Positions 50,770-60,275 of a stretch of 64,000 nucleotides of DNA are shown piece by piece. Position numbers and translations under genes: made by a program. Each line of letters begins with the position of its first letter. The first letter of the stretch is position 1. The notes below the pieces were generated by a model that was not told the DNA's origin, ran no database searches, and worked only from the letters and a program-made list of their open reading frames with translations. Origin of the DNA: Nitrosopumilus sp. (GTDB lineage: Archaea > Thermoproteota > Nitrososphaeria > Nitrososphaerales > Nitrosopumilaceae); the NCBI GenBank assembly GCA_965219345.1, contig OZ244732.1, positions 1,792,001-1,856,000 of the forward strand, in the 5' to 3' direction.

Positions 50770-51996
50770 TTAGAATGAACTGTTGATAGTCTCATTCCAC
50801 AATGAAAATCGTTCATAAAGGTTAAGATAAGCTCGAGTTTGATCTTTTTGAGTAGCGTCTTGATTCGCAGCCATTAATTTCTTAAGAAATCGTGCGGTTC
50901 CATGTAAATTTATTTCTTCGACTTCCTCAATCCTGTTCAAAAGAAAATGCTTGCCTGTTAATTCCAGTTTTCCATCCGTATTATTTTCATCCCTTAAAAT
51001 ATCACAGTACTGGCAGGTACATCGTTCTAATTCTAACTCATTCTCAATTTCATCCATTCGTGTAAATGGTACCTTTGAGTACAGATGTGTCTGGTAGAAT
51101 CTAATGATAGATCCGCCACCTCCAATAGCAAACGGATTTTTGTGTTCTCCGTAACAAATTGAATGTGAGGTCCCAGCCATGCCTTTGTCTTCAAGTAACA
51201 GTGAAAACAAACCGCCATACATGTTGTAAATTGGTTTTTTATGATCTGCTAACTTTCCAATAAACTCTTGAAAATAGGACAGATCTTGCAGTTTGGCCGA
51301 GTTCTCATCCATATCTGCACACCATACCATGTATCCGTCCACACCATCAATATCATATTCTGCCACCATCTCGTCAATATCTTTTGCGTGTGGAAGCATC
51401 TCTCTGTCCATCATTATCGCCGCAAAAATCTTTTCGTTCGAATTCTTGTTTTCTACTGCTAACTTGACTGAGTTAATGTTAACCGGACGCCAGTCTCTGC
51501 GGCTTGCATTTACGAAAAAATACGGTGGAATAATCCATTTCGGTTTCAAATCTAAAGTATTCCGGCCTTGTTCCTCGTCAAACTCCTCAAATTCATTAAT
51601 TTCATCATAAGTTTCTCGAATTCTTGTTCTTTGATAATTTGTGACGTTTTCAACGAGCTCTTTTAGATTGTTTGTTGACTGTATGTTCTCATCAACAAGT
51701 AAATTTGGCAACAGCTCAAAATCATTAGGATCATTCATCATACCATCCAAACCATAGATCCCCATAAGCTTGGAAAACCATCGTTTTTCAACAATATGTT
51801 CAACATTTAGACCAAATACATATGTATGAGGATCAATGACATAGGGTCTTTCTAGTTTCGCAAGCATTGATGTGGTTCTTTTTGTCAGGCCTTCCAAGAC
51901 ATTGGCTGGTACTATAACATCATAATTCCCTAAATCGCTATCTTCCAACCATGTCATCTCTCTGCCGATGTTGACACGTATCATCAGTTCGGTCAA
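50770..51996 (-). CDS. Hypothetical protein, probable TIM-barrel with C-terminal CxCxxC...H Zn site (TGT-like / T4 beta-like)
   Basis: YVIDPHTY, IIPPYFF, CTCQYC..KHFL; TTG at 51996 has AGGAGGT upstream and overlaps the upstream stop. Confidence 0.7.
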   Translation of the reverse strand: MTELMIRVNIGREMTWLEDSDLGNYDVIVPANVLEGLTKRTTSMLAKLERPYVIDPHTYVFGLNVEHIVEKRWFSKLMGIYGLDGMMNDPNDFELLPNLLVDENIQSTNNLKELVENVTNYQRTRIRETYDEINEFEEFDEEQGRNTLDLKPKWIIPPYFFVNASRRDWRPVNINSVKLAVENKNSNEKIFAAIMMDREMLPHAKDIDEMVAEYDIDGVDGYMVWCADMDENSAKLQDLSYFQEFIGKLADHKKPIYNMYGGLFSLLLEDKGMAGTSHSICYGEHKNPFAIGGGGSIIRFYQTHLYSKVPFTRMDEIENELELERCTCQYCDILRDENNTDGKLELTGKHFLLNRIEEVEEINLHGTARFLKKLMAANQDATQKDQTRAYLNLYERFSLWNETINSSF

Positions 51997-52412
51997 GTAG
52001 TGATACCTCCTTTTGACTTGCATTTGTTTTTTGCATAAATCCTGCATCTAGGAATAACCTTCCTTGATCTCTTAGCCTTTGTTATTACTTCACATGAGCC
52101 GTTCACTTTCAGTATTCCTATACCTAAATTTTTAAAGATGTATGTGTCTACATTTGGAACTGTCTTGTGCCATAGTGCTACATATGAATAGTCAGATACA
52201 TACAGGTTAGAATATGCCTGTTGTAGTGCTTTTCTCCAGTTGCTGACTTTTACCTCGATCGAAACCAGTTTCCTGTTTTGGAATGTAACCATGTCTATCT
52301 TTTTTCTGCTTGTGGCCCAATCACCGATTGGGATTTCATAATAGAATGTTTTTTTGGCAAAAAGACCTGTATTCTCAATTGTAGGATACATATCTTTTTC
52401 TTTAACAGTCAT
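51993..52412 (-). CDS. PD-(D/E)xK nuclease-like protein (sce7726/MmcB-like)
   Basis: YEIP...IDMV...SIEVKVSNWRKALQQAY...DYSYVAL...GIGIL. Confidence 0.72.
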   Translation of the reverse strand: MTVKEKDMYPTIENTGLFAKKTFYYEIPIGDWATSRKKIDMVTFQNRKLVSIEVKVSNWRKALQQAYSNLYVSDYSYVALWHKTVPNVDTYIFKNLGIGILKVNGSCEVITKAKRSRKVIPRCRIYAKNKCKSKGGITT

Positions 52413-52963
52413 GACAGACCATCCTTGAGTTCTGCTATTTGTTCCCTAAATGAATCATTAATACAAACAAACTTTTTGAGAAAAAAGATGAGAAATACTC
52501 CCAATGTTGCACAAATACCCGAGCATAAGACTGCCATATGCAGTATACTTACTCCAAACGTGTTGTAAGCTGAATTTATAAACAATTCATTTGTCGCAAT
52601 ATAGGCCATGATCACAGCTGCAAGGCAAGAAGATGTGAGCAGCGATAATTCCAACATCATGATGATGGATACACCCATTTCACTAACTTTGTTAAATTTG
52701 AATATATGTTTACGGTACTGGGATAATTTTTGTATGACTTCTGGCGTGTTAAAAAATTCTCTGGGTTTGTATTTTCCTCTCTTACTGCCAAATATTTCTT
52801 CTAAGATAGGATCTAAGGTGTGTTGCTTCAAATATTCATATGCACTTGCAGTGTATGCATCAAGCTTGTCTTGTTTGCTATCCCGTATTCTAAACAAAGT
52901 AATTGCTAGTCCTGCAAATATTGAAAATAATGCTAGAAGAGGTATTATTTCATTTAAAAGCAT
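52409..52963 (-). CDS. Membrane protein (~3 TM helices)
   Basis: N-terminal TM plus two C-terminal hydrophobic helices; start and stop overlap both neighbours. Confidence 0.72.
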   Translation of the reverse strand: MLLNEIIPLLALFSIFAGLAITLFRIRDSKQDKLDAYTASAYEYLKQHTLDPILEEIFGSKRGKYKPREFFNTPEVIQKLSQYRKHIFKFNKVSEMGVSIIMMLELSLLTSSCLAAVIMAYIATNELFINSAYNTFGVSILHMAVLCSGICATLGVFLIFFLKKFVCINDSFREQIAELKDGLS

Positions 52964-53415
52964 TATTGTTCTAATACTTTGCCCAGTATTTCTGAGTTTA
53001 CAGTAAAGTCCGGATATGTTATGTAGACGTACTTGAGAAGAACATTCAGTTCCTTTTTGCCATATGTTTCTTTGACATCAGATATACGTTTTATCATATC
53101 TGCACTAACTCTTTCAAATGTTTTCTTCTCAAGAAATCTCACTCCTTTGTCTGTGATCTCATATTTTTTTTGATCTCCTTCCTTTACCATTCCAACTGAT
53201 TTTAAAAAATCCAACTCGTCATAAATTTCCATTGACAGAGGGCCGAATCTATCGGGCCCAAAATCAAACTTTATTTCTACATTCTCGGATTTATCCAAAA
53301 CTTTTTTCTGTGTTAAAAAAACTAATTTTTCAAATCTAGTTATCCCCTCAATCGGATATCTGTTGTCCCCATTAAGCAAAAGAAGAATTAAATCTGATTT
53401 TTTCATAGATGCCAT
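52963..53415 (-). CDS. Panacea/SocA (DUF4065, YwgA-like) antitoxin-like protein
   Basis: LILLLL..IEGITRFEKLVFL..FDFGPDRFGPLSMEIYDEL..YEITDKG..LLKYVYITYP. Confidence 0.75.
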   Translation of the reverse strand: MASMKKSDLILLLLNGDNRYPIEGITRFEKLVFLTQKKVLDKSENVEIKFDFGPDRFGPLSMEIYDELDFLKSVGMVKEGDQKKYEITDKGVRFLEKKTFERVSADMIKRISDVKETYGKKELNVLLKYVYITYPDFTVNSEILGKVLEQ

Positions 53416-53558
53416 GATTAATTCATAGATATTATAGCGGGGAATAAATAATTATTGCTGCTTTTTTTGATGGCAACTGCTTAATTCCTAGTCTGTTGCA
53501 CAACCTCCACACCCATGGCTTGGTGACACCTTACAGTGCAGGTTCACGCCGTGCTACA

Positions 53559-54607
53559 TCAGGCCCATCCTCCCTTTGACGTAATCATGTTGTACGTGGC
53601 GACCTTGAGCATGATCTCGTGGATCATGTTCTCCCGCTTTGCTGCCATCACATACTCGCCAAATATCCTCTTAAAGGCAGAAAACACGATCTCCACTATC
53701 CAGCGCCTTCCGTATCTCACCCTACTCTTCCACTTTTTCTGGTTCTCCTCTTTCTGTTTGCTTGTAAGCGTTCCCACGGGCTGACAGGCGACCCTCCAAG
53801 CTGATCCCGCACTGCCAGCCCCCACGCATCGCCGGATCCCTTGCCGCGTGCAGTGGAGTTGATCCCAAGCCGGATGAGTGGCGTGATGCCGCGGTTCTTA
53901 CACTCCTTGTGGATATTTCGTGATGCATATGCACCGTCCCCCAGGATCGAGATGCCTTTGGGGACGGCGGCCGCCTCGGCATCTGCACCTTTGGCTGCAT
54001 CCTGTTGTCCTGATCCTGCCGTACCAAGCTCCGCCTGGTTCAGCTTGCTGTTGTTGCTGTGTCCTGATCCTGCCGTACTAAGCGCCTGGTTCAGCAGGGG
54101 GACAAACGTCTTGGAATCCCCCACAGAGCCGTCTGTGATCTTCAGCGAGAGGATCAGCCCCGTGTCGGTGTCTGCCAGCGCGTGCATCTTGATAAACCCG
54201 CGCCTGACCTTCCACTTTTTATTTATCCACTCCCTCCTGTTGGCCACCTTGATGCCTGTTGTATCGACTGCATAGAACATATGCCTGGTGCCGTCCCTTG
54301 CAGTAACGGCAACCATGCTGCCCATGACCTGGACGCTGAGATCACGAATTCTCCTGAACATGGTGGCGTGATCCGGTATTGGAACGCCGGGCATCATCTC
54401 TGATACCATGCCCCGCAGCTGCCTGTAGGGTATCTGCGCCATGGATCTTATGATGGCAATTGATACAAACAGGGACTCTGCGTATAGGAACGGCGCCCCG
54501 TTCTTGCGGCAGTTTGCAGATTTCAGCTCTTGCTCCCACCCTGGATCCTGGTGCATGGCAAGCATCCTACCACGCTCCACGTACTTTGCGTTGTCTGTAG
54601 ATGCCAC
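53559..54607 (-). pseudogene. IS5-family (IS903/ISH1-like) transposase, frameshifted near 53780
   Basis: IPDHATMFRR, AVDTTGIK, KMHALAD, LGDGAY in ORF 53717-54679; YGRRWIVEIVFSAFKR in ORF 53559-53825. Confidence 0.85.
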
Positions 54608-54690
54608 TGTGTATACTGACGAGCAAAAGTTCATGAGATCAAACATGTTAGACGGCAACACATTTTGATCACGTCCCACTACGCATTACA

Positions 54691-55201
54691 ATGCCCGCAG
54701 TAAAATCCAAAGACCTGAAGAAGGCGTACAAGAAGGAAAGGGATCCCAGGGTCAAGATCAGGATGGCCGCAGTAAACATGGTGTACATGAACGGCAGAAG
54801 CGTTCGGGAGGCTGCAGACGACCTGATGCAGTGCCCCAACTAGGTCTCCTTCTGGGTGGAACGCTTCCGGGAGGACGGCATCGACACCCTCCGGGATCTT
54901 CCCAGGAGCGGCAGGCCACCGAAGGTCAGGCTCGAAGACATTGAAGAGACAATATCCGGGGCAGGCAACATCATTACTCCCCCGCAGCTGAGGGAACGTG
55001 TCCGCAAGATGCACGGCATAACATACCACATCACAAGCGCCAGGAGGATAATGCGCAGGCTGGACATGTCTGCCAAGACGCAAGGCGCGTCCACATAAAC
55101 AGGGCAGGGACAGACGAGATCAGAAGGTGGCAGCACAACGCAAAGAGGCGCGCATATCGCGCCTGGAATCGAGGGGTTTTGCCGTCGTAGTCTTTGACGA
55201 G
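54691..55201 (+). pseudogene. IS630 transposase, 5' part (nonsense TAG at 54841, later frameshifts, cut at the FDES motif)
   Basis: MPAVKSKDLKKAYKKERDPRVKIRM..WVERF..LRDLPRSGRPPK; ends VVVFDE at the insertion site. Confidence 0.85.
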
Positions 55202-55304
55202 GATTCTGTAACGTTATCGTTACCTGAAATACGGATCTTCTCCAGATTGAAAAATTTACATGAAAATTACAAGTTCTAAAACAAAGATTCCTAAAATGAT
55301 GATA

Positions 55305-56468
55305 TTATTGGTATTGGCTCAAAGAGGCATTTTGAATGATAGTCTTCCATTTGTTAGAGCCATCTACAAGAATACCCGCACATTCAGCTGGTGTTTTCTT
55401 GTCAATCCCGCCATGTTTCTTCGAGAAATTATAGAATGTCTGGAATCCTACAAATAACGGACTAGACATTTTTTTGATTCCCCTGTATGCAACTTCACGG
55501 TCTCTAATTGTTCCATTCAATCTTTCCATTCTATTGTTATTTTTGTCGCCTTTCATGTGGATATGGCGGATATGTTCAGTTTCTTTCCACAAAAAGTTTT
55601 TTGCCTTGTAATTGTCCTTCCAAGCCTCATGAAAGTTAGCTGCACCATCAGAGATTAATGTAGTTGGTATCTTATCTGCAATCATCATGGCTTCTCTGAA
55701 CATAGGTCTTACATTTTCCGTACCCTTTGTGTTTGCCACATACTGGGTAATCATAAATCTGGTCTCATGATCTAGCATTGAATATTGTAATTTTTGAACA
55801 CCGCTAATTTTCATAAAGATTTCATCTGTTCTCCAAGTTTCAGAAACTCTTGGTACAATCCCCTTTACGTAATTACTGGTCATTTTGGAATATTTTTCAA
55901 TCCATCTGTATATTGTCATGTGAGATACCTTGATGTCTTCCTGCTCAAAACAGTCTGCAATATCCCTGACTGACATTCCTGAAAAATACATCTGCAAGGC
56001 TCTAGTGATAAGAACATCTTTTGATCTCATTTTCTCAAAGCCAAGATTCAAAGTAAATATTTTATTGCAATCTTTGCATCTGTACTGCTGGACATCTCCT
56101 TTCTTGTTTTTTCTAATTCCTTTTTTGATTAATCTGCCAGAATCACAGAACTTGCAAACTTTGATTAATGATCTTTCAATTATACGGAATGGTTGTTTTT
56201 CTCCATTATTGTTTCTGATTAAATCCAAAACTATCTTGATATGCTTGCAGTCTGATTTTCTTGTGGTATGATCTGAACAATCACATACCAACCCACTGTC
56301 AGTCTTGAATACGATATAATGAATCTGTGGAATACTTTGTGATCTTACGCTAAATTTTTCAGAACTTAACTGCACTGCACAGTTTGGTAATTCCATCATC
56401 TGTGCTACTCTTTGTGTTCTTGCGTTCATATCAATATAATATTGATAACATAATATAACTATTATCAA
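55305..56468 (-). CDS. IS6-family-like DDE transposase with N-terminal SWIM finger and Zn ribbon (start probably ATG ~56429)
   Basis: CDC..CKH (SWIM), CKFC..YRCKDC, HTH, WRTDE, LISDGA, NNNRMERLNGTIRDRE; ORF intact. Confidence 0.88.
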   Translation of the reverse strand: MIIVILCYQYYIDMNARTQRVAQMMELPNCAVQLSSEKFSVRSQSIPQIHYIVFKTDSGLVCDCSDHTTRKSDCKHIKIVLDLIRNNNGEKQPFRIIERSLIKVCKFCDSGRLIKKGIRKNKKGDVQQYRCKDCNKIFTLNLGFEKMRSKDVLITRALQMYFSGMSVRDIADCFEQEDIKVSHMTIYRWIEKYSKMTSNYVKGIVPRVSETWRTDEIFMKISGVQKLQYSMLDHETRFMITQYVANTKGTENVRPMFREAMMIADKIPTTLISDGAANFHEAWKDNYKAKNFLWKETEHIRHIHMKGDKNNNRMERLNGTIRDREVAYRGIKKMSSPLFVGFQTFYNFSKKHGGIDKKTPAECAGILVDGSNKWKTIIQNASLSQYQ

Positions 56469-56515
56469 TAGAATATGGATAACAAACTAATAAATAACAA
56501 TAAAAAATTGATACT

Positions 56516-56722
56516 GTGATGGGGTCGCAGGTTATACGTAGAGTTCGTAATAAAGAGTATCTTTACTATGTTTATTATGATGATAAAGAGAGAAAAGAGT
56601 TCTATTGTGGAGTTGTAGGAGATTCCAAGGCAGAACAGAAAGCAAGAGAAAGTGAGATTAAGGAATTACAGTTACAAAAAGAACGAATTATTGTTAAAAT
56701 TAAAGAATTGAAAAGTAAATAA
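56516..56722 (+). CDS. Small beta-rich/coiled-coil protein divergent from the transposase
   Basis: RRVRNKEYLYYVYYDDKERKEFYCG followed by a coiled coil; resembles small archaeal MGE DNA-binding domains. Confidence 0.6.
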   Translation: MMGSQVIRRVRNKEYLYYVYYDDKERKEFYCGVVGDSKAEQKARESEIKELQLQKERIIVKIKELKSK

Positions 56723-56806
56723 ACTTGGATAGTGACTGTTCATAAAAAAATGATGAGTATGAATTATATTACTGTGAATCCATTTCAGTGTTTTGTAGAT
56801 ATAGTA

Positions 56807-56941
56807 GACTTTACAAAGACTTTACAAAGACTTTACAAAGACTTTACAAAGACTTTACAAAGACTTTACAAAGACTTTACAAAGACTTTACAAAGACTTT
56901 ACAAAGACTTTACAAAGACTTTACAAAGACTTTACAAAGAC
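56807..56941. repeat. 11-bp tandem repeat (GACTTTACAAA) x12 + GAC
   Basis: Perfect array ending 32 bp before the R-M start codon. Confidence 0.98.
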
Positions 56942-56973
56942 GATAGCTATCAACATCATAAAGGTGCTACCAT

Positions 56974-59694
56974 TTGGTAGCACCAGAAGCACTATCTCAA
57001 GATGAGATTAATGTAAATGCTATTGAATTTTCTAAAAGGTGGAAGGATGAAAAAAATGAAAAATCAGAGGCACAGACATTCATAAACGACTTCTTTCAAG
57101 TTTTTGGTTTAGATAGAAAGTCAGTTGCAAAGCTAGAAGCACACCCTGATGGCTCTGGCGGTTTTATGGACTGTTTTTGGCAAGGCAAGTTTATGATCGA
57201 GATGAAAAGTCTTGGAGAAAACCTTGACAAGGCAATGGATCAGGCTCTTGATTACTATCTACAACTGAAAAAAGATCAAGAACCGAGATACATCCTCGTA
57301 TGTGATTTCGAGCATTGGTATTTACGGGATAAAAAAGAAAATACAGACCATTTCTTTATACTGCCTGAGCTAGTCGAAAATATCGGACTGTTTGGATTCA
57401 TGACAAACAGATCCAAGCTGATACGTGCAGATCCTGTAAACTTGTATGCCTCAGAAATTTTAGGCAAAATCTTTGACATGCTAAAAGCATCAGGCTATGG
57501 CACTCACCATGCGGAGTATTTTTTGACAAGATTGGTATTTTGTCTGTTTGCAGACGATACTGGCATATTTGGAGATCGTGGAAAGTTTCAATCATACATT
57601 AAAAATTCCACCCAAGAGGATGGGTCTGATCTGGGCAGGTATCTGGCATACTTATTCGGCGTATTAAATCAAGAAAGAGAATCACGCTCAAAAACAATGG
57701 ACCCTAAAACTAGGTCTTTTCCCTACATCAATGGTGCATTATTTGAAAAACCAATCGAATTTCCAGACTTTAGTGCCAAGATGAGAGAGTTGCTAATCCA
57801 TGCGGGGGCATATGACTGGTCCAAAGTGTCCCCTGCAATCTTTGGCAACATGTTTCAGACGGTCATGAACCAGGATGCCCGTCGTGAGATGGGTGCACAT
57901 TATACATCAGAGGAAAACATTCTCAAGGTGATTAGACCACTGTTCCTGGACAAGCTAAATGATGAATATGATGAAATAAACAAAATATCAGATGACACCA
58001 AAAAAGACAGGTTCGTAGAGTTTCAAAACAAGCTAGCCAGCCTAAAGTTTTTAGATCCTGCATGTGGCTCTGGAAATTTTTTAGTTGTTGCATACCGTGA
58101 AATTAGAAGACTGGAACACCGTGTCATAATGAAGATATATGGATATGATGGAAAAAGAACAGACACAGACCAACTATCAAAGGTTGATGTAGACCAGTTT
58201 TATGGCATTGAAATTATAGAGTTCTCATCACGCATTGCAGAGACCTCACTTTGGATGATGGATCATATCATGAATGTCGAATTATCCAACAGATATGGAT
58301 ATAGATTCAGACGTATCCCAATCAACAAGAAACCAACCATCGTATACAGGGATGCGTTGGAGTTTGACTGGAACGAACTACTTCCAAGCTCAGAATGTTC
58401 ATACATCTTGGGAAATCCGCCGTATGGTGGTTCGAAGATTATGAAGCGTGAGCAGAGGGAGCAGATCAAAAAAAATGCATGCATTGGAAAAACTGGTGGC
58501 ACACTGGATTATGTTACTGGTTGGTTCTTCAAGGCGGTTAGATACATCAAAGGCAGTACTATCATAGGATTTGTGGCCACAAACAGCATATCACAGGGGG
58601 AGCAGGTAGGTCAGTTATGGCCAGCTTTGACCAAGGAGATAGAAATCATATTTGCACACGAGTCATTCAAATGGGGATCAGAAGCAAAGGGAAAGGCAAA
58701 TGTTCACGTAATAATATTAGGATTAGTAAAAAAAACAAAAGCCGACGGGCTTACTAAGAGATTATTTTATTATGAAAACGGAGAAGTTTTCGAGAGTAAT
58801 CCCAAGTACATATCACCATATGTGTGTAGTACAGAAAAGCTGGATATTATAGTGCATAAATCACCAAAATCATTAAACAATTTGCCTGAGATGATAATGG
58901 GTTCCAAACCTATTGATGATGGCAACTACATATTCAAACAAGAAGAAGGAGAAGAATTTTTGAAAAAGGAGCCAAACGCAAAGAAATTCATGAAGGAATA
59001 CATCAGTGCCAAAGATTTCATACACGGTAAAAAAAGATGGATTCTGGCACTACATGAAATAGAGCCGTCTGAATTAAAGAATCTACCTGAAATAAAAAAA
59101 CGTGTGAGGATGGTAAAGGAATTTAGATTAAAAAGCAAGGATGGTGGGACAAGACAACTTGCAGATACCCCAACAATATATCATCTTAATGTAATTCCCA
59201 AAAAACGGTTTTTGGTAATACCCCGTGTAAGCTCAGAAGAACGAGACTATATTCCTATTGGATACATAACACCACCTGCAATACCTAGTGATGCTACAAT
59301 GATTATCCAAAATGCCGGTCTTGGATTATTTGGACTACTAACATCAAAAATGCACATGGTGTGGTTAAAATCAATCGGTGGCAAATTGGAAACTAGATTA
59401 AGATATTCATCAGGAGTGGTATACAACACGTTTCCCGTTCCAGATGCTGACATAAAGGTATTGAGAGAATTTGCACAGGAAATACTTGATGCCCGTAAGA
59501 ATCATTCTGATTCAACTTTGGCCGACCTTTATAATCCAGACACAATGCCAGTTGATCTGACAAAGGCACACCAAAAGTTGGACAATGAGGTAGAAAAACT
59601 GTACCGAAAAGAACCATTCAGATCAGATGATGAAAGGCTGGAGTTTCTCTTGAATGAATACCAAAAAATGACATCAAAACAAACTACTCTCTAA
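56974..59694 (+). CDS. MmeI-like type IIL fused restriction endonuclease/N6-adenine methyltransferase
   Basis: EKSEAQTF, MDCFW..IEMKS (nuclease), FPYINGALF, GAHYTSEENI, FLDPACGSGNFL, GNPPY, C-terminal YNTFP and TLADLY. Confidence 0.93.
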   Translation: MVAPEALSQDEINVNAIEFSKRWKDEKNEKSEAQTFINDFFQVFGLDRKSVAKLEAHPDGSGGFMDCFWQGKFMIEMKSLGENLDKAMDQALDYYLQLKKDQEPRYILVCDFEHWYLRDKKENTDHFFILPELVENIGLFGFMTNRSKLIRADPVNLYASEILGKIFDMLKASGYGTHHAEYFLTRLVFCLFADDTGIFGDRGKFQSYIKNSTQEDGSDLGRYLAYLFGVLNQERESRSKTMDPKTRSFPYINGALFEKPIEFPDFSAKMRELLIHAGAYDWSKVSPAIFGNMFQTVMNQDARREMGAHYTSEENILKVIRPLFLDKLNDEYDEINKISDDTKKDRFVEFQNKLASLKFLDPACGSGNFLVVAYREIRRLEHRVIMKIYGYDGKRTDTDQLSKVDVDQFYGIEIIEFSSRIAETSLWMMDHIMNVELSNRYGYRFRRIPINKKPTIVYRDALEFDWNELLPSSECSYILGNPPYGGSKIMKREQREQIKKNACIGKTGGTLDYVTGWFFKAVRYIKGSTIIGFVATNSISQGEQVGQLWPALTKEIEIIFAHESFKWGSEAKGKANVHVIILGLVKKTKADGLTKRLFYYENGEVFESNPKYISPYVCSTEKLDIIVHKSPKSLNNLPEMIMGSKPIDDGNYIFKQEEGEEFLKKEPNAKKFMKEYISAKDFIHGKKRWILALHEIEPSELKNLPEIKKRVRMVKEFRLKSKDGGTRQLADTPTIYHLNVIPKKRFLVIPRVSSEERDYIPIGYITPPAIPSDATMIIQNAGLGLFGLLTSKMHMVWLKSIGGKLETRLRYSSGVVYNTFPVPDADIKVLREFAQEILDARKNHSDSTLADLYNPDTMPVDLTKAHQKLDNEVEKLYRKEPFRSDDERLEFLLNEYQKMTSKQTTL

Positions 59695-59779
59695 TGGGGC
59701 ATCTATCAGGCATTAACCGTTCTGAATCAGGAGAAGATCCATATTTCAGGTAACGATAACGTTACAGAATCTTGACGAG

Positions 59780-60275
59780 TCTATATTTATAGACGACCCG
59801 GCATCGGGGACAGTACTGGTCGCCAAAAGGCCAACCCATAGTCACCACATACAAGGGCCGGCACGGCAGGGTCGTGGCGTACGGTTCCATCGCGACTGAC
59901 GGCAGGCAGTCCATCAGGACGTACGAAAAATTTGACAAGGAGACGGTGCTACGGTACCTGAAGGAGCTTGTAGGACATTTCGGAAAGGTTGCCATAATAA
60001 TGGACAACGCGCCGCAGCACAAGGCAAAGACGGTGAGCGAGTTCCCAAAGGCCAACAAGAACGTCAAGGCAGTATGGCTTCCAACCGCAACACCGGAGCT
60101 CAGCGTCATGGAGGAGTACTGGCACCAGTCAAAGCGCGACGTGCTGGTGTCAGAGTATTATGGAACAATAGGGCAGATGCGCCGCGCAATGTCAGAGTAT
60201 TTCAGGACGGCGCGGCCGTGGCTTGACGCAATGAAGTTCATCTGCAGAAAGTCATTTGATCTCAAGAACTTTTGA
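59780..60275 (+). pseudogene. IS630 transposase, 3' part (DDE)
   Basis: Resumes SIFIDD after the TSD; IMDNAPQH, LPTATPELSVMEEYW. Confidence 0.85.

Larger units (their letters stand above)
55202..59771. mobile_element. IS6-like cargo transposon (4570 bp) with ~47-bp TIRs and 8-bp TSD TTGACGAG
   Basis: GATTCTGTAACGTTATCGTTACCTGAAATACGGATCTTCTCC at left, reverse complement (1 mismatch) at right; TTGACGAG at 55194-55201 and 59772-59779. Confidence 0.93.

Noticed and set aside
56732-56980. ORF through the 11-mer array as a phase-variable N-terminal fusion to the R-M enzyme
   Set aside because: Losing one unit would align the frames, but a TAA at 56959-56961 in the R-M frame blocks fusion; the ORF is probably a repeat artefact.
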